Under the pieces are notes generated by a model. It saw nothing but the letters and a program-made list of their open reading frames with translations, did no database searches and was not told where the DNA came from. Positions 38,201 through 48,839 of a stretch of 64,000 nt of DNA are shown one piece after another. The DNA lies in contig NC_043018.1 in NCBI RefSeq assembly GCF_006345805.1, positions 14,508,001 to 14,572,000 of the forward strand, read 5' to 3'. A program made the translations under genes and the position numbers. Position 1 is the first letter of the stretch. Each line of letters begins with the position of its first letter. Source of the stretch: Octopus sinensis. Lineage: Eukaryota.

Positions 38201-40286
38201 TACTGCTTTGCTAGTCATTGAGTCTTGAGTCTTTCTTGTATAACTTGATTAACTCTCCAGGTGGTGACCATTTACCTTATTATGTCACTGGATACTTTGA
38301 GTGCCTCTGCCTCCGTCCCTGTTGGACTTGCAACTTTCCCTCTGATTGTGTTCTTGACCACCTTACTTACCATGCTGTTGTTAACTTGAATTGCTGATCT
38401 CTGAGTAGAGTCAGCATAAGGTAATCCCTGTTTATCCTAGGTTTTCTCCCCATTCCACAGCCTCTCACTAAAGGAAACCCACACCACCCTCTCGTCTTCC
38501 ATATCGATTGTGAGTTTGCCTTCATTATACTCATACACTTCTCACCAATGACATCTGACGCTGTCTTGTGATCCTGAACCCCTCACGCCTCTGATTTTCA
38601 TGCTGCAGGACATACACAGGTCCCTACTTCTCAGTGTGCATATAGGACTATCATCTTATGTGATCCTCCTCTCCTTTAATGATAGCAAGGTGAGATACAA
38701 TAGATGTGACTGATATTTCTAGCAGGTCAATCAATCGCATAGAGGCTTCTTTAATGGTTTGATTTAAAGTATTGTTATAGTTATTTTCAAAAATGTTCCA
38801 TCCATGACCATCCCATCTTCTTTTCAAATGATTTATCGAAGACTCCATTAACCAACATGTCATTTTTTAAAGACAGCAGGATATATCATTAGGAGACATT
38901 GACTGCTATTTCTAACAAGTTGAGCTGTTATCAAGAGGCTTCTTCATTTGGATGCTATTGATAATGCTGTTGTTAATGGTGACAGTGATGCTGGTGATGA
39001 TGATGATGATGGCAATGATGATGATGATAAGGAAGCTTAAAATTGTTTCTTTATTTTTTTGAGATCGGAGAAGATTTTGGAACTGGAGCAGAAAATTAGG
39101 TCCCATTATATCAGGATGCATGAGAGACGTAAAAAGCCAAAAGGGACGATCGCTGAAGAGGTGGAAGCTACGAAAGAATACATGAATATCGTAAGTGCTT
39201 TAATTATCATCGGGGATGTACTCGCATAGCAAGTGATTTGATCTGAGATTGTGTGCTGGAACGAAAGCAATTGCAGCGTGGAAGGTGTTTGTAAGCCATT
39301 TAAGAAACACGCAAAAGCCGTTCAATTCACTTCAACATTTAAGTTTAATTTGTCAAAATATTTTCTTCGCTTTAAGACCGCGACCTGTTCACTGACAAAA
39401 ATCCGTGCTGCATCATCGTCATCATTTAATGACCATATTTCATACTGGTTTGACAGAATCCAATGAATCCAAGGATTGCTCTGTAGGCCAATGTCTCTTT
39501 TGGCATGGTTGAGTTCTATTTCTAATGTCGATCACATTACAGTTTGCACTGGGTGCTTTTTTTTATATGCCACCTGCACTATTAAGGTTACTATGCAGCT
39601 CACAGGACTATGAACCTTAGGGTAGGGTGATATCTTCATTCTGGGGAACAAGGGGTTAAATTATGAGAAGAGGTGAGGCATCAAAGCAGGTCCTTGTTGC
39701 AGGTCAGCATGGCCTCTTGAATTTTGATAGAGGAAGGGGAGAAAGAAAAGAGAAATGATCAGTAGGGGCTGAGAAGAGATGGTGGCAATGAGGTGCCGAG
39801 GTGGCCCCAAAAGGCACAAGGTGAGTAGAAGTGGGTGGCAGGATGGGTAGTTTGCAAGATTGTATGGGAGAAGATGAGGGGATGGGGTAGTAGACTAAAA
39901 TCTAAGAGTGCTGAAGGGTGGACGATCCATAATCCATGAGTTGAAGAAGAAAGAGGGATGTAGGAAAGAGACTGGATTTGGCTCACACCAAACCTTAGTC
40001 CCAATTTATGTTCCCAACACTAGCTGAATGATGACTAAATTATTTTACTAAATTCTTTGTTATATTTAAAATAATTGAAAGAGACACAGAGCATCCCAAA
40101 ATAAATACGGTAACGAAAGGGTTAAAATTTGGAGTTTTTAAAAATCTCTGCAAACGAATAGAAACGAATTAATTTTCATTATTCCATCTTGTTTCAAAAT
40201 TTCAGGCAATAAATTTACAGCTTGAACTTGAAGAGCAGCGCCAGAATCTAGAGTACCGTTTCAAAGCATTCACTGCTGACTCATGA
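25176..40286 (+). CDS. LRRC27: Leucine-rich repeat-containing protein 27-like, spliced CDS (10 exons, 1542 nt, 513 aa)
   Basis: Exons 25176-25535, 27200-27392, 27912-28043, 30212-30518, 32722-32835, 33976-34049, 35838-35920, 36737-36807, 39064-39190, 40206-40286. All introns are GT-AG with matching phases (0,1,1,2,2,1,0,2,0). N-terminal LRRs (LTLLDLSSRKLTIVP, LYLANNKLCQLP, LQWLDLRYNNLTSLP, LLLEGNNIMKLPIELG, LNVRDNPLEMPP), then a coiled-coil C-terminus ending LEYRFKAFTADS*. This architecture matches my recollection of LRRC27; the orthology is inference. Confidence 0.8.
26104..26163 (-). ncRNA. Degenerate type I hammerhead motif (U4>C)
   Basis: Minus strand GATAA-CCGAAGA-GATG..CATC-GAAA-CTCAGAG-TT-TTATC; homologue of 5516-5577. 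Confidence 0.5.
26379..26944 (+). mobile_element. Internally deleted mariner
   Basis: ~30-bp TIRs TTGGGTTGTTCGAAAAGTTCGTGCCAATTT / AATTGGCACAAACTTTTCGGACAACCCAA, TA TSD, YSPGIAPSDFHLFRSLQN motif. Confidence 0.9.
27200..27392 (+). CDS. LRRC27: LRRC27-like coding exon 2
   Basis: CCCCAG|TAC...TTAG|GTAAGT; YLYLANNKL...PIELG, three LRRs. Confidence 0.9.
27912..28043 (+). CDS. LRRC27: LRRC27-like coding exon 3
   Basis: AATAG|GT...CAAG|GTCTGA; LNVRDNPLEMPPEHIIEQGVEEILRYLRE (LRR cap). Confidence 0.88.
28185..28610 (+). mobile_element. CR1-type LINE 3' end
   Basis: TRGHIYKV..FFTLRVAEAWNKLP, then a 3' UTR and (ATT)n tail; the same 3' UTR occurs on the minus strand at ~23120-23260 and ~35210-35335. 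Confidence 0.85.
28882..29197 (+). mobile_element. Family B RTE-tailed element
   Basis: Tandem units plus conserved body and (GAT)n tail. Confidence 0.8.
29334..29590 (-). mobile_element. Penelope-like element reverse transcriptase fragment
   Basis: GGLYRDDALF..LDVNLNL..YTLYHKPNNNLKYV (PLE RT motifs). Confidence 0.75.
30212..30518 (+). CDS. LRRC27: LRRC27-like coding exon 4 (acidic/polyQ)
   Basis: TTGTCAG|CA...AAAG|GTTAGA; phase 1 in, phase 2 out, matching the neighbouring exons. Confidence 0.75.
30550..30960 (-). mobile_element. Family B-related element with a 48-nt minisatellite
   Basis: (CAT)n tail at left; repeated ..TATGTGCCACCAGCATGGGTGCCAGT.ATGTGTCACCAACACAGGTGC.. units. Confidence 0.75.
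31195..31460 (-). mobile_element. tRNA-derived SINE (family G)
   Basis: Minus strand GGCACATGGCCTAGTGGTTAGG..GGGTTCAATTCC, then TGTTCTTGAGCAAAAC core; related + copy at ~41165-41485. Confidence 0.7.
31624..31978 (+). mobile_element. Helentron-associated non-autonomous element (HINE/DINE-1-like)
   Basis: Starts ACTAGCAGTATCGCCCGGC and ends TTTATATATAAAGAT; the termini are shared with 42388-42754. Confidence 0.55.
32041..32255. mobile_element. piggyBac-type MITE (family P1)
   Basis: Ends CTGAATGCTAAAGGG|TTAA; homologous to 34142-34361 and 47366-47590. Confidence 0.7.
32722..32835 (+). CDS. LRRC27: LRRC27-like coding exon 5
   Basis: TTTTAG|TGAG...GGAA|GTACGT; ENIPKKHKKDMKKFREYESKILARQKNAKIEYILQKR. 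Confidence 0.8.
33340..33715 (-). mobile_element. Mariner transposase C-terminal fragment
   Basis: HPPYSPDLAPTDHHIFQALDNFFQGKNF. Confidence 0.85.
33976..34049 (+). CDS. LRRC27: LRRC27-like coding exon 6
   Basis: TTTCAG|AGAT...AACG|GTAAGT; DEDSLKKFRQETKLKQKLLTVSVN. Confidence 0.8.
34142..34361. mobile_element. piggyBac-type MITE (family P1)
   Basis: TTAA|CCCTTTAAC ... GCTAAAGGG|TTAA. Confidence 0.82.
34553..34852 (-). mobile_element. Family B RTE-tailed element
   Basis: Reverse copy with tandem units. Confidence 0.8.
35347..35580 (+). mobile_element. Family C SINE monomer
   Basis: GGCGGCGAGCTGGCAG..GAGTTCAAATTCC..GGTCGACTTTGCCTTTCATCC..AAAGAAATA; another monomer on the minus strand at 59225-59456. 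Confidence 0.85.
35838..35920 (+). CDS. LRRC27: LRRC27-like coding exon 7
   Basis: Long polypyrimidine tract CTTAG|AA...AAG|GTAAAT; IPNTTGDAPFGVYGEYMKMMSREEATK. Confidence 0.8.
36302..36519 (+). mobile_element. tRNA-headed SINE carrying a hammerhead core
   Basis: A box TGGTTAAGAGC (36305), B box GGTTCAATTGC (36341), (CAA)n linker, hammerhead at 36428-36473, A-rich tail. Confidence 0.65.
36428..36473 (+). ncRNA. Minimal type I hammerhead ribozyme motif
   Basis: GACAC-CTGAAGA-A-GGCTG-(GAGGGTATAT)-CAGCC-GAAA-TATT-GTGTT. Confidence 0.65.
36737..36807 (+). CDS. LRRC27: LRRC27-like coding exon 8
   Basis: TTTCAG|GAA...GAA|GTGAGT; EPVLTKPLPKLVPIEIKKLMSKE. Confidence 0.78.
37380..38640 (-). mobile_element. 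Old RTE LINE RT fragment interrupted by a family B element (37766-38150)
   Basis: VSKVVKNTIRGKVASPTG..ALK and CIDLEKAFDRIPH..W motifs, collinear on the minus strand. Confidence 0.7.
39064..39190 (+). CDS. LRRC27: LRRC27-like coding exon 9
   Basis: TTTTGAG|ATC...ATC|GTAAGT; SEKILELEQKIRSHYIRMHERRKKPKGTIAEEVEATKEYMNI. Confidence 0.8.
40206..40286 (+). CDS. LRRC27: LRRC27-like last coding exon
   Basis: TTTCAG|GCA...TGA; AINLQLELEEQRQNLEYRFKAFTADS*; AATAAA at 40425-40430. Confidence 0.82.
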   Translation, partial: AINLQLELEEQRQNLEYRFKAFTADS

Positions 40287-40675
40287 GTTATCTATGCCCG
40301 TTACTGATATGTTTAAAAGTTTTTGAAAAGTGTATTGATAAGCTTAAGATTGTTTCTCACTTATTTGGAGAATTGTTATCCAATTCAAATTACAACAAAA
40401 ACAAACTCTTTATATTTAAATTTAAATAAAAAATGCATTTAAAGATATGAACATATTTTAATGATATTAAAAGTGTTTTGATAAAAACTGCTTGAACTTG
40501 TTTCTCATTTGTTTGTAGAATTTATATCCAATTCAAATATAAAACAAAAACAATTACACTCTTTATATTTGAGTTTAAAACAAAAACAGACAAAAAGATA
40601 GGAACATATTTTAATGATATTTATATACTATAATGGATATGAAAACTATAAAAAGTATTGTTAAAAAGAAAAAGA

Positions 40676-40840
40676 GGCACAGGAGTGGCTGTGTGGTAAG
40701 TAGCTTGTTTACCAACCACATGGTTCCGGGCTCAGTCCCACTGCGTGGCACCTTGGGCAAGTGTCTTCTACTATAGCCTCATGCCGACCAAAGCCTTGTG
40801 AGTGGATTTGGTAGACGGAAACTGAAAGAAGCCCGTCGTA

Positions 40841-40889
<49 letters not shown>

Positions 40890-41104
40890 TTGTGTGTCTG
40901 TGTTTGTCCCCCTAGCATTGTTTGACAACCGATGCTGGTGTGTTTACGTCCCCGTCACTTAGCGGTTCGGCAAAACAGACCGATAGAATAAGTACTGGGC
41001 TTACAAAGAATAAGTGCCGGGGTCGAGTTGCTCAATTAAAGGCAGTGCTCTAGCATGGCCACAGTCAAATGACTGAAACAAGTAAAAGAGTAAAAAAAGA
41101 GTAA
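40676..41104 (+). mobile_element. Family A SINE
   Basis: Full-length copy just downstream of the LRRC27-like 3' end. Confidence 0.85.
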
Positions 41105-41533
41105 CTCTGAACAAATAAAAGAAAAGATCTCTCAAAGTAAACTGTTTTATATTGTGTGTACATCAGTGAAGGCACATGACTCAGTGATTTGAGCATTGAG
41201 CTCACAATCATGAGGTAGTGAGTTCGATTCCTGGACTGGACTGTGTTGTGTTCTTGAGCAAGAAACTATATTTCACATTGCTCGAGTTCACCCAGTTGTA
41301 GAAATGAGTTGCAACATCACTGGTGCCAAGCTGTATCAACTTTTGCCTTTCCCTTGGACAACATTGGTGGCTTGGAGAGGAAATGCCGGTATGCATGGGT
41401 GACTGCTGGTCTTCCATAAACAACCTTACCTGAACTTCTGCCTCAGAGGGTAACTTTCTAGATGCAATCCCATGGTCATTCATTTTGCCCTTTTACATCA
41501 GCTTCAGTTTGTATCAGACATCTAATAAAGAAG

Positions 41534-41964
41534 TGTAACAGGATGAGAGATTCCCGCACTGGATGGGTGCAGCCCGCATCCTTTACATTAAATATTAATC
41601 GATGAAAGAGTCAAGATTTTCCGTTAACTTCAACAGTAGAAACATTTATTCTTTGATTTGCAATATGAACATTTCCTTCCTCTGAGCGAATTGGCAACCT
41701 TGGAGCTTATCTGCAGTAGTCAAGAGGAGTGAGTCAATCCTGCCAGTTCAAGCATAGCGGAGATGTGCCACTAGGTAGCAGCTGGAGAGAGCTGATGCAG
41801 ACACGTCTGTCTTGTTCAGCTGCTGGCGTCCAAGAGAGTGATACAAGAGAATTTCGCTGCTGTTAGTTTTCTGTGCATGCGTATGAGGGAACTTCCGGCA
41901 GGCCTTCCGGAAGATACCAACCCTGTGCATGCGTGCTGGAGATTTCCAAGATGGTGTCACTACA
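41534..41964 (-). mobile_element. Solo LTR (Gypsy-like)
   Basis: TGTAACA...CACTACA termini, perfect 4-bp TSD GAAG; minus-strand AATAAA at 41645-41650; ETS and NRF1-like sites at the right (U3) end. Confidence 0.85.
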
Positions 41965-42043
41965 GAAGCTACTGAAAGAGGGAAAAAAAAAAGCATCTAG
42001 CAGAATAATGTGATGAGGCAGGTTTTCTTTGAGTTATGCTCGT

Positions 42044-42252
42044 CTGGCACCTGTGCCGGTGGCATGTAAAAAGCACCCACTACACTCATGGAGTGGTTGG
42101 CGTTAGGAAGGGCATCCAGCCGTAGAAACATTGCCAGATCAAACTAGGCCTGGTGCAGCCTTCTGGCTTCCCAGACCCCAGTTGAACCATCCAACCCATG
42201 CTAGCATGGAAAGCGGACGCTAAACGACGACGATGATGATGATGATAATGAT
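42044..42252 (+). mobile_element. Family B RTE-tailed element
   Basis: Conserved body and (GAT)n tail; similar copies at 44640-44832, 48838-49017, 50230-50468, 54796-54997, 59620-59871 and 61552-61742 (minus). Confidence 0.8.
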
Positions 42253-42387
42253 GTTAGTCCAACTATTTTGGAGTTTTATGACAGTACTTGAGGGGTGCAC
42301 TGCCAACTTTCAGGATGTTGTTCTCTCTGTTTTTCAACATTAGGTAGCATAGACTCGGGTGAAATTCCTCTCACCCATTTATTATAT

Positions 42388-42754
42388 ACTAGCACTATGA
42401 TCTGGCAACGCTGGGTCATAGTGCTAGTGCATGCATATACAGCTGTGTGCGTGTGCACATACACGCGAGTACTGTCCAAGTCTCCGACCAATCACATACA
42501 GCTAGCTGGCATTCAATTGGCGTATCAAGTTTTGGGCATTTTGATTGGGTTTTGGATAGAAAATTCACAAAAAAGTCACTTGTATTGATTTTTTTAATGG
42601 CTTTGCAGGGTGACTGGGGAAATGTAAAGATGTGCACGACCACCCTTGGACGGTTTTGAATGACCATAGAAAGTGCGAGCCCTCTAACTGAAAAATTGTG
42701 GATTTGTATAAAGGACACACACACAGACATTTTGCCATTTATATATATAGAGAT
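42388..42754 (+). mobile_element. Helentron-associated element with a 5' hairpin
   Basis: ACTAGCACTATGA..TCATAGTGCTAGT inverted repeat; ends TTTATATATATAGAGAT. Confidence 0.55.
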
Positions 42755-42889
42755 ATGTGCATTTGAATGTAACAGGGAATGGCTAGCCTTTGGCCACTAT
42801 TTGGATCACATTGTGTCCAGTAATCTGATTGGTTAGGATTGGCTGTAAATAGCAGCCAAAACTTGACTCTAAAACCTGACTAGTAGATA

Positions 42890-42901
42890 AATAGATAGAA
42901 G

Positions 42902-42946
<45 letters not shown>

Positions 42947-42962
42947 ATAGATAAATAGATAG

Positions 42963-43029
<67 letters not shown>

Positions 43030-43075
43030 GATAGATAGATAGGTAGATAGATACATAGATAGATACATAGATAGA
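42890..43075. repeat. (GATA)n microsatellite upstream of TAF1B
   Basis: Long TAGA run. Confidence 0.95.
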
Positions 43076-43416
43076 TGATAGTCAGACAGACAGACAGACT
43101 GTCAGATAGCTAGATAGCTATCTGTCTGTCTGTCTATAAATATTTGGGTATATATGTACGTATATAATTGTGTATAATTATGATAAGAATATCAAATAAT
43201 AATAATAATTATTATTAGATTTATGGTTATTAATAATTCATGAAATTTATGAACGAAAAGAAGTAAGAAAGAACCTAGAAACGTAGGAAGTCTTTACCAA
43301 AAACATCACAATTATGCTCCTCGGATAATCTATACATGCTCCACCCTAATTCCACTTACACCGTTCCTTCTACACCGTTTCACTGCGGAGCTGATTAGGT
43401 TTCATTGCTTCGTATT

Positions 43417-43429
43417 ATGTCCGAACAAA
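43417..43429 (+). CDS. TAF1B: TAF1B exon 1 (MSEQ + 1 nt)
   Basis: ATGTCCGAACAAA|GTAAGA; the phase-1 donor joins exon 2 in frame. It is short, so less certain. Confidence 0.6.
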
Positions 43430-46400
43430 GTAAGAAGTTTTCTTTCATTTTATTTACAAAAGATTCGTTTTTATCTTTCTGTTTTAATTAGCATTGTTGT
43501 GCAATTAGATTTTCCATGTCTTTTTCTTTTTCTATAGAATTTTGGAGGTGGTTCTTTGAACATGTGGGGGGGGGGGCATCTTTAGGGTTTATTTACCTCG
43601 AAAGTCTGCGAAGTGATCTCGACGGGGGTTGTTGTTTCGAAAAAGCGATTGCATTCCTTAATCTGCATCTCACTGTTAAAAATGGTAGCGACGTCTCCGA
43701 ATGTTCGCACGAAGCCATGTCTGTCTGTCTGTCCGTCTCCTGCACTCATTCACAGACACGTGTTTATGTATGAACACACATATATACACATGTGTGTATA
43801 TGTTTGCATCTCATGTCTGGTACCAACGGAGCATCACAGACGAAGAAAAGTTTCTGTGTACGGTGTGTGTGTGTGTGTGTCTGATGATGTCGCTCTTTTA
43901 CTCAGATAAGATCAGGGTCAGCCCTGGGGTTGTTGGCGCCCCGGCCAAGCTAAACTTCGGCGTGTACAAGCTGACAGTCGTGGGAATTTCCTTGTCTTTG
44001 TCACGCTCTCCTTGGCATCCCTTAGCACATGGCGCCCTGCGCGACTGCCCGAGTTGCTGGTACCTTGAGCCCGCTCTGGGTAAGCTAGGGACCCTTTACA
44101 GGCATGTAAGGGTCCTTGAACGTCTCCATCAGTGTCTGAGACACATTCCGAATGTCGGTCGTCCCTGCGGACTCCAGACATAGGGCTGTTAGGTGGAGCC
44201 GATGTGCTGAGCATCAAGGCGATGGTGTATAGGCACCGTTTATGTTGGACTGGACGGACACCTTGATCAGATGAATGGCTAGGCTTGAAAAGGGCGCATA
44301 AATATTAAAAAGAAAATATATATCTTTTAAATTTGTCTACGGCAAACGTTTTGAATATGCAAATAAAGCTTCTATTCCATTATGCTGGCCTCAGTCTAAT
44401 GATGCTGACTGGTTTTGGGGGTTGCATCAAGTTGTACCAGTATGATGTAGGATAAAGTATAGTAAGAAAAGCAATAATTCTTGGATGGAATTCCTAAACA
44501 TTTAATGCATTTCTATGCACATTTTCACGAATCACACGTCCCCTAAGGTCACAGTCCAGAAATAATTAAATGGTCACCTAAAGAAAGTATCATTTATCAA
44601 TTCAGACAATGAACGCCGCTGCCAGTACCGCCTGATTGGCCCTCATGCTGGTGGCATGTAAAAGTACCCACTATACTCTCGGAGTGGTTGGCGTTAGGAG
44701 GACATCCAGCTGTAGAAACTCTGCCAGATCAGATTGGAGTCTGGTGCAGCCATCTGGTTCGCCAGTCTTCAGTCAAATCGTCCAACCCATGCCGGCATGG
44801 AAAGTGGACGTTAAACGATGATGATGATGATGAACTCCAACAACTGATGGCAGACCTGTTTTATTTCAGTTTTCATTGAAGATAGTCATGCCTTAAATGA
44901 GACCGAACAAAGGAATGTACCAACCCTCCCCGACACCTGCAGATTGAATAGCAAAATAAGTGCAACATCACCGCACACACCTCCATCTCCGTATACCTAC
45001 CATTCCTCTACTCTCTTTCCATCACCTTCCCCTCTTCCCCACCAAATACCTGCATAACTCAGTCAACCTTCACACTGCTGCACAAAACGGATAAACAGCC
45101 CCCTGTTAAACATCCATTAATGTTATATCACCTGAAGAAATGAATCCATGAAGGTGATCTTACCTGATGCCCATGGATACTACAGACTACGTTGTAATCA
45201 TCCCAGGAATATGGACTATGATCTTAAGAAACACTTGATTTGTGGAAATGCGTGTAGTGATGCATTAAGTGTTTATAAATTCCATTCAAGGATTTTTGTT
45301 ATTATTATTATTATCAAAAAATAAGGGAAGGACAAAAACTTCATGTATCACATGACTGAAATGTTTGCCTGTTTTCCATTTATTCAGCAGTACCAAAGTG
45401 TCCGGTATGTGATGAAACGGAGTTTGAAAATATCGATGGAATGTATTACTGTTTGACCTGCTGTAGTCAAATACCGGTAAGTTACTTAATGGTGTTACCA
45501 TTTTCATTTTATTAAAGCAGTTGGTTTGTAGAATTGTTAGAACATTAAACAAAATACCTGGCAGGATTTAGTTACAACTCTTTACATTTTGAGTTCAAAT
45601 CCTGCCATGGTCAAGAAACATTAAATGCTGATGTTGCTGCTGCTGATGATGATGATATTCACTTCTTCACCCATTCCCTATCTCTCACTTCCCCATACCC
45701 TCTCACACTCTCTGCTCATCCACATTTCCAGTTATTCTTTCCCCATTCACTTCTCTTCACCTTGTACCTTGAGAGTCCACGCACACACACATACCTTGTC
45801 ACCACTATTTTTATATCTTTTCCAATCCAATTTGATCACCCCCCCCCATGTTCCTCTACAACAAGAAAACGGTTTTGCACTTGGTCCTTTGGTTGTACTT
45901 TAACCTTAGCGTGAAACTGCCCCTCTCAGTGTTTGCAGTCTTGCAGGCTGCATGGCAATCTCACTAATGCTGGAGGTACAAAAGAAACACCCTGTACCCT
46001 GCTAAAAGACGGCAAGCTGGCAGAAACGTTAGCACGCTGGGCGAAATGCTTAGCGGTACTTCGGCTGCTGCTATGTTCTGAGTTCAAATCCTGCCGAGGT
46101 CAACTTTGCCTTTCATCCTTTTGGGGTCGATAAATTAAGTACCAGTTACACACTGGGGTCAATGTAATCAACTTAATCCCTTCGTCTCTCCTTGTTTGTC
46201 CCCTCTAATGTTTAGCCCCTTATGGGCAATAAAGAAATAAGAAACGTTAGCATGCTGGGCGAAATGCTTAGCGGTATTTCGTCTGCCGTTACGTTGTGAG
46301 TTCAAATTCCACCAAGGTCAACTTTGCCTTTCATCCTTTCGGGGTCGATAAATTAAGTACCAGTTATGCACTGGGGGTCAATGTAATCGACTTAATCCGT

Positions 46401-48780
46401 TTGGCTGTCCTTGTTTGTCCCCTCTATGTTTAGCCCCTCGTGGGCAATAAAGAAATAAGAAACACCCTGTACCTGCTATAAAGTAGTTGATATTAAGGAG
46501 AGCATCCATTTAGAGAAGACATTGGAGCCCTATGTGGTTATTGGACTCATCAAACCCTGTCAAATCATCCAACCAGAGAGAGAGCTGGTGGTGGGATTGT
46601 GAGCTTTGACATAGTTTCTGGGTTGGTGCAAAGAAGGGTATCCAGCCATGCCAAATCCGACTGGAGTCTGGTGCAGCTTGCCAGCTCTGGTCACACCATG
46701 CAACCCATGCCAGCATGGACAGCAGACGTTAAATGACGCACTGGTCAGCCTGAAGCTATGCCAGAAGGCACTTGCTCAGTGTTGCACGTTGCCTTGGTTG
46801 AGTGACCTCAAAAAACAGAAAACTTCACTTCTTAACCGTGCAATAAACGCTTGCTCTTATCTCCATTTTGTCTTTCTTTTGTTTCTTTGCAGAAAGTCTT
46901 TGATACGGAAGTTGAGAATTATGGCCAAGAGAATTACCTGTTTTCATCTAAGCTTAAGAAATCACAGGCTGACGGTATGTACTCTTTACTCTCTTTTACT
47001 TGTTTCGGTCATTTGACACTGTGGCCATGCTGGAGCACTGCCTTTAGTCGAGCAAATCGACCCCAGGACTTATTATTTGTATGCCTAGTACTTATTCTAA
47101 GTCCTGGGGTTGATTTGCTAGACTAAAGGCAGTGCTCTAGCTTTCTCTGAACTGCTAAGTTATGGGGACGTAAACACACCAGCATTGGTTGTCAAGCGAT
47201 GTTGGGGGGGGGGACAAACACAGACACACAAACATATACACACATGTACATATATATATACATATATACGACCGACTTCTTTCAGTTTCCGTCTACCAAA
47301 TCCACTCACAAGGCTTTGATTTCAAATTTAGAATCCTAATTAGATTTGATATTCAACCACATTAACCCTTTAGTATTTAAACCAGCCATATCTGGCCAAA
47401 ATATTCTGCCTGTTTTTTTTCATGTTCAAGCTGGCCACATCTGGCCTCTCACACTTACCCTACAATATTGTTCTAGAAATAAACAATCACTTTGTTAAAA
47501 TCTCAAAGCTACAAGATAATGCAGGACTAATTCAAATCAGTGTGAATAAATTAGCATCACATTTCACAGAGTATTCTGAGTGCAAAAGGGTTCAAAATAT
47601 TCTCCCTTCACATAATTATTCAATTGATTTTCCATTTCCACTTTTTTTTCTTCCAGTTGACAAATATGGTTGCAAATGGTCAACTATCGAAGGTTTCCAG
47701 TTTGTCATAAAGGAGCAAGTGAAGGCCTTGATAGCATTAGGAGCTGACCCCAGACTAAAGGTATCTATCTACATATCCAAACCAAAGTAAAGGTGTAAAA
47801 GAAATTTTGTATTATTGTCATGTGATGCATCTTAAATGCTTATTATTGTTCTTGTTTAATCCTCAATCAGTGCTAAATCAAGTACATCCTTGGATCAAAG
47901 ACATTTCAGCCTTGATCACACTGTCTTTTTGGGTCTGGGAAACAAACGAGGATTTGCAACAGGAAAGGCACCAGGCTACAGAAAATCCGTTTTTATCCAT
48001 TTTGATTGAATTTTGATTGGACATGGATATTAAAATGATGATGAGGATTTATATACCATAAACCCTTGAGTATAATCCGCATTTTCCCCCCAAAAATTTA
48101 AAGGTCAAAATCCCTAGTGCGTACTATATACGAGATTAAAAATGAAAAATATTTTCTAAGCAATGTCTGAGTTTCTATTTGCTGTCCGGCAATGTTTATT
48201 CAGACGCATTTTGTGATGTCAGGCGCGAAAATACCTTAAGCTAAGCCTGAAAGCAATGAAGTCATAAAAGAATCATCCATAACTTGCAATAAGCAACATT
48301 CATTAAACGTTATTACTGTTATTTCTTTATCTTCTGCAAACAAAATGCACAAAAAAGCTTCACGTTTGCATTATGTTATATATACAATAATAATGAAGGG
48401 CGTTACCGTTTACAATTTTACAAACCAAGGACGTTATATAGACCTCCTTGACTCAAGTTAGAGAAGGGGTGCGTATTATACACAAGGTTTAGGTTTTTCA
48501 GAGGTACAGCCCCATTAAAATCCCCTGCATATTATACTCAAGGGCGGACTATACTCGAGGATTTATGGTATATATATGTATTCTTTTATTCTTTTGACAG
48601 TGGCTATGCTGGAGCACCACCTTAAAGGATTTTTAGCCGATGAAGCTGACCCCAAAATTTATTCTTTGTAATCCTAGTACTTATTCTATCGGTCTCTTTT
48701 GCCAAACCAGTAACTTACAGGGACGTAAACACACCAACACAGACACACACATACATACATACATACATACATACATACAT

Positions 48781-48839
<59 letters not shown>

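Noticed and set aside
45120-45240. CCTGAAGAA motif as a further hammerhead
   Set aside because: No convincing stem II or correctly placed GAAA
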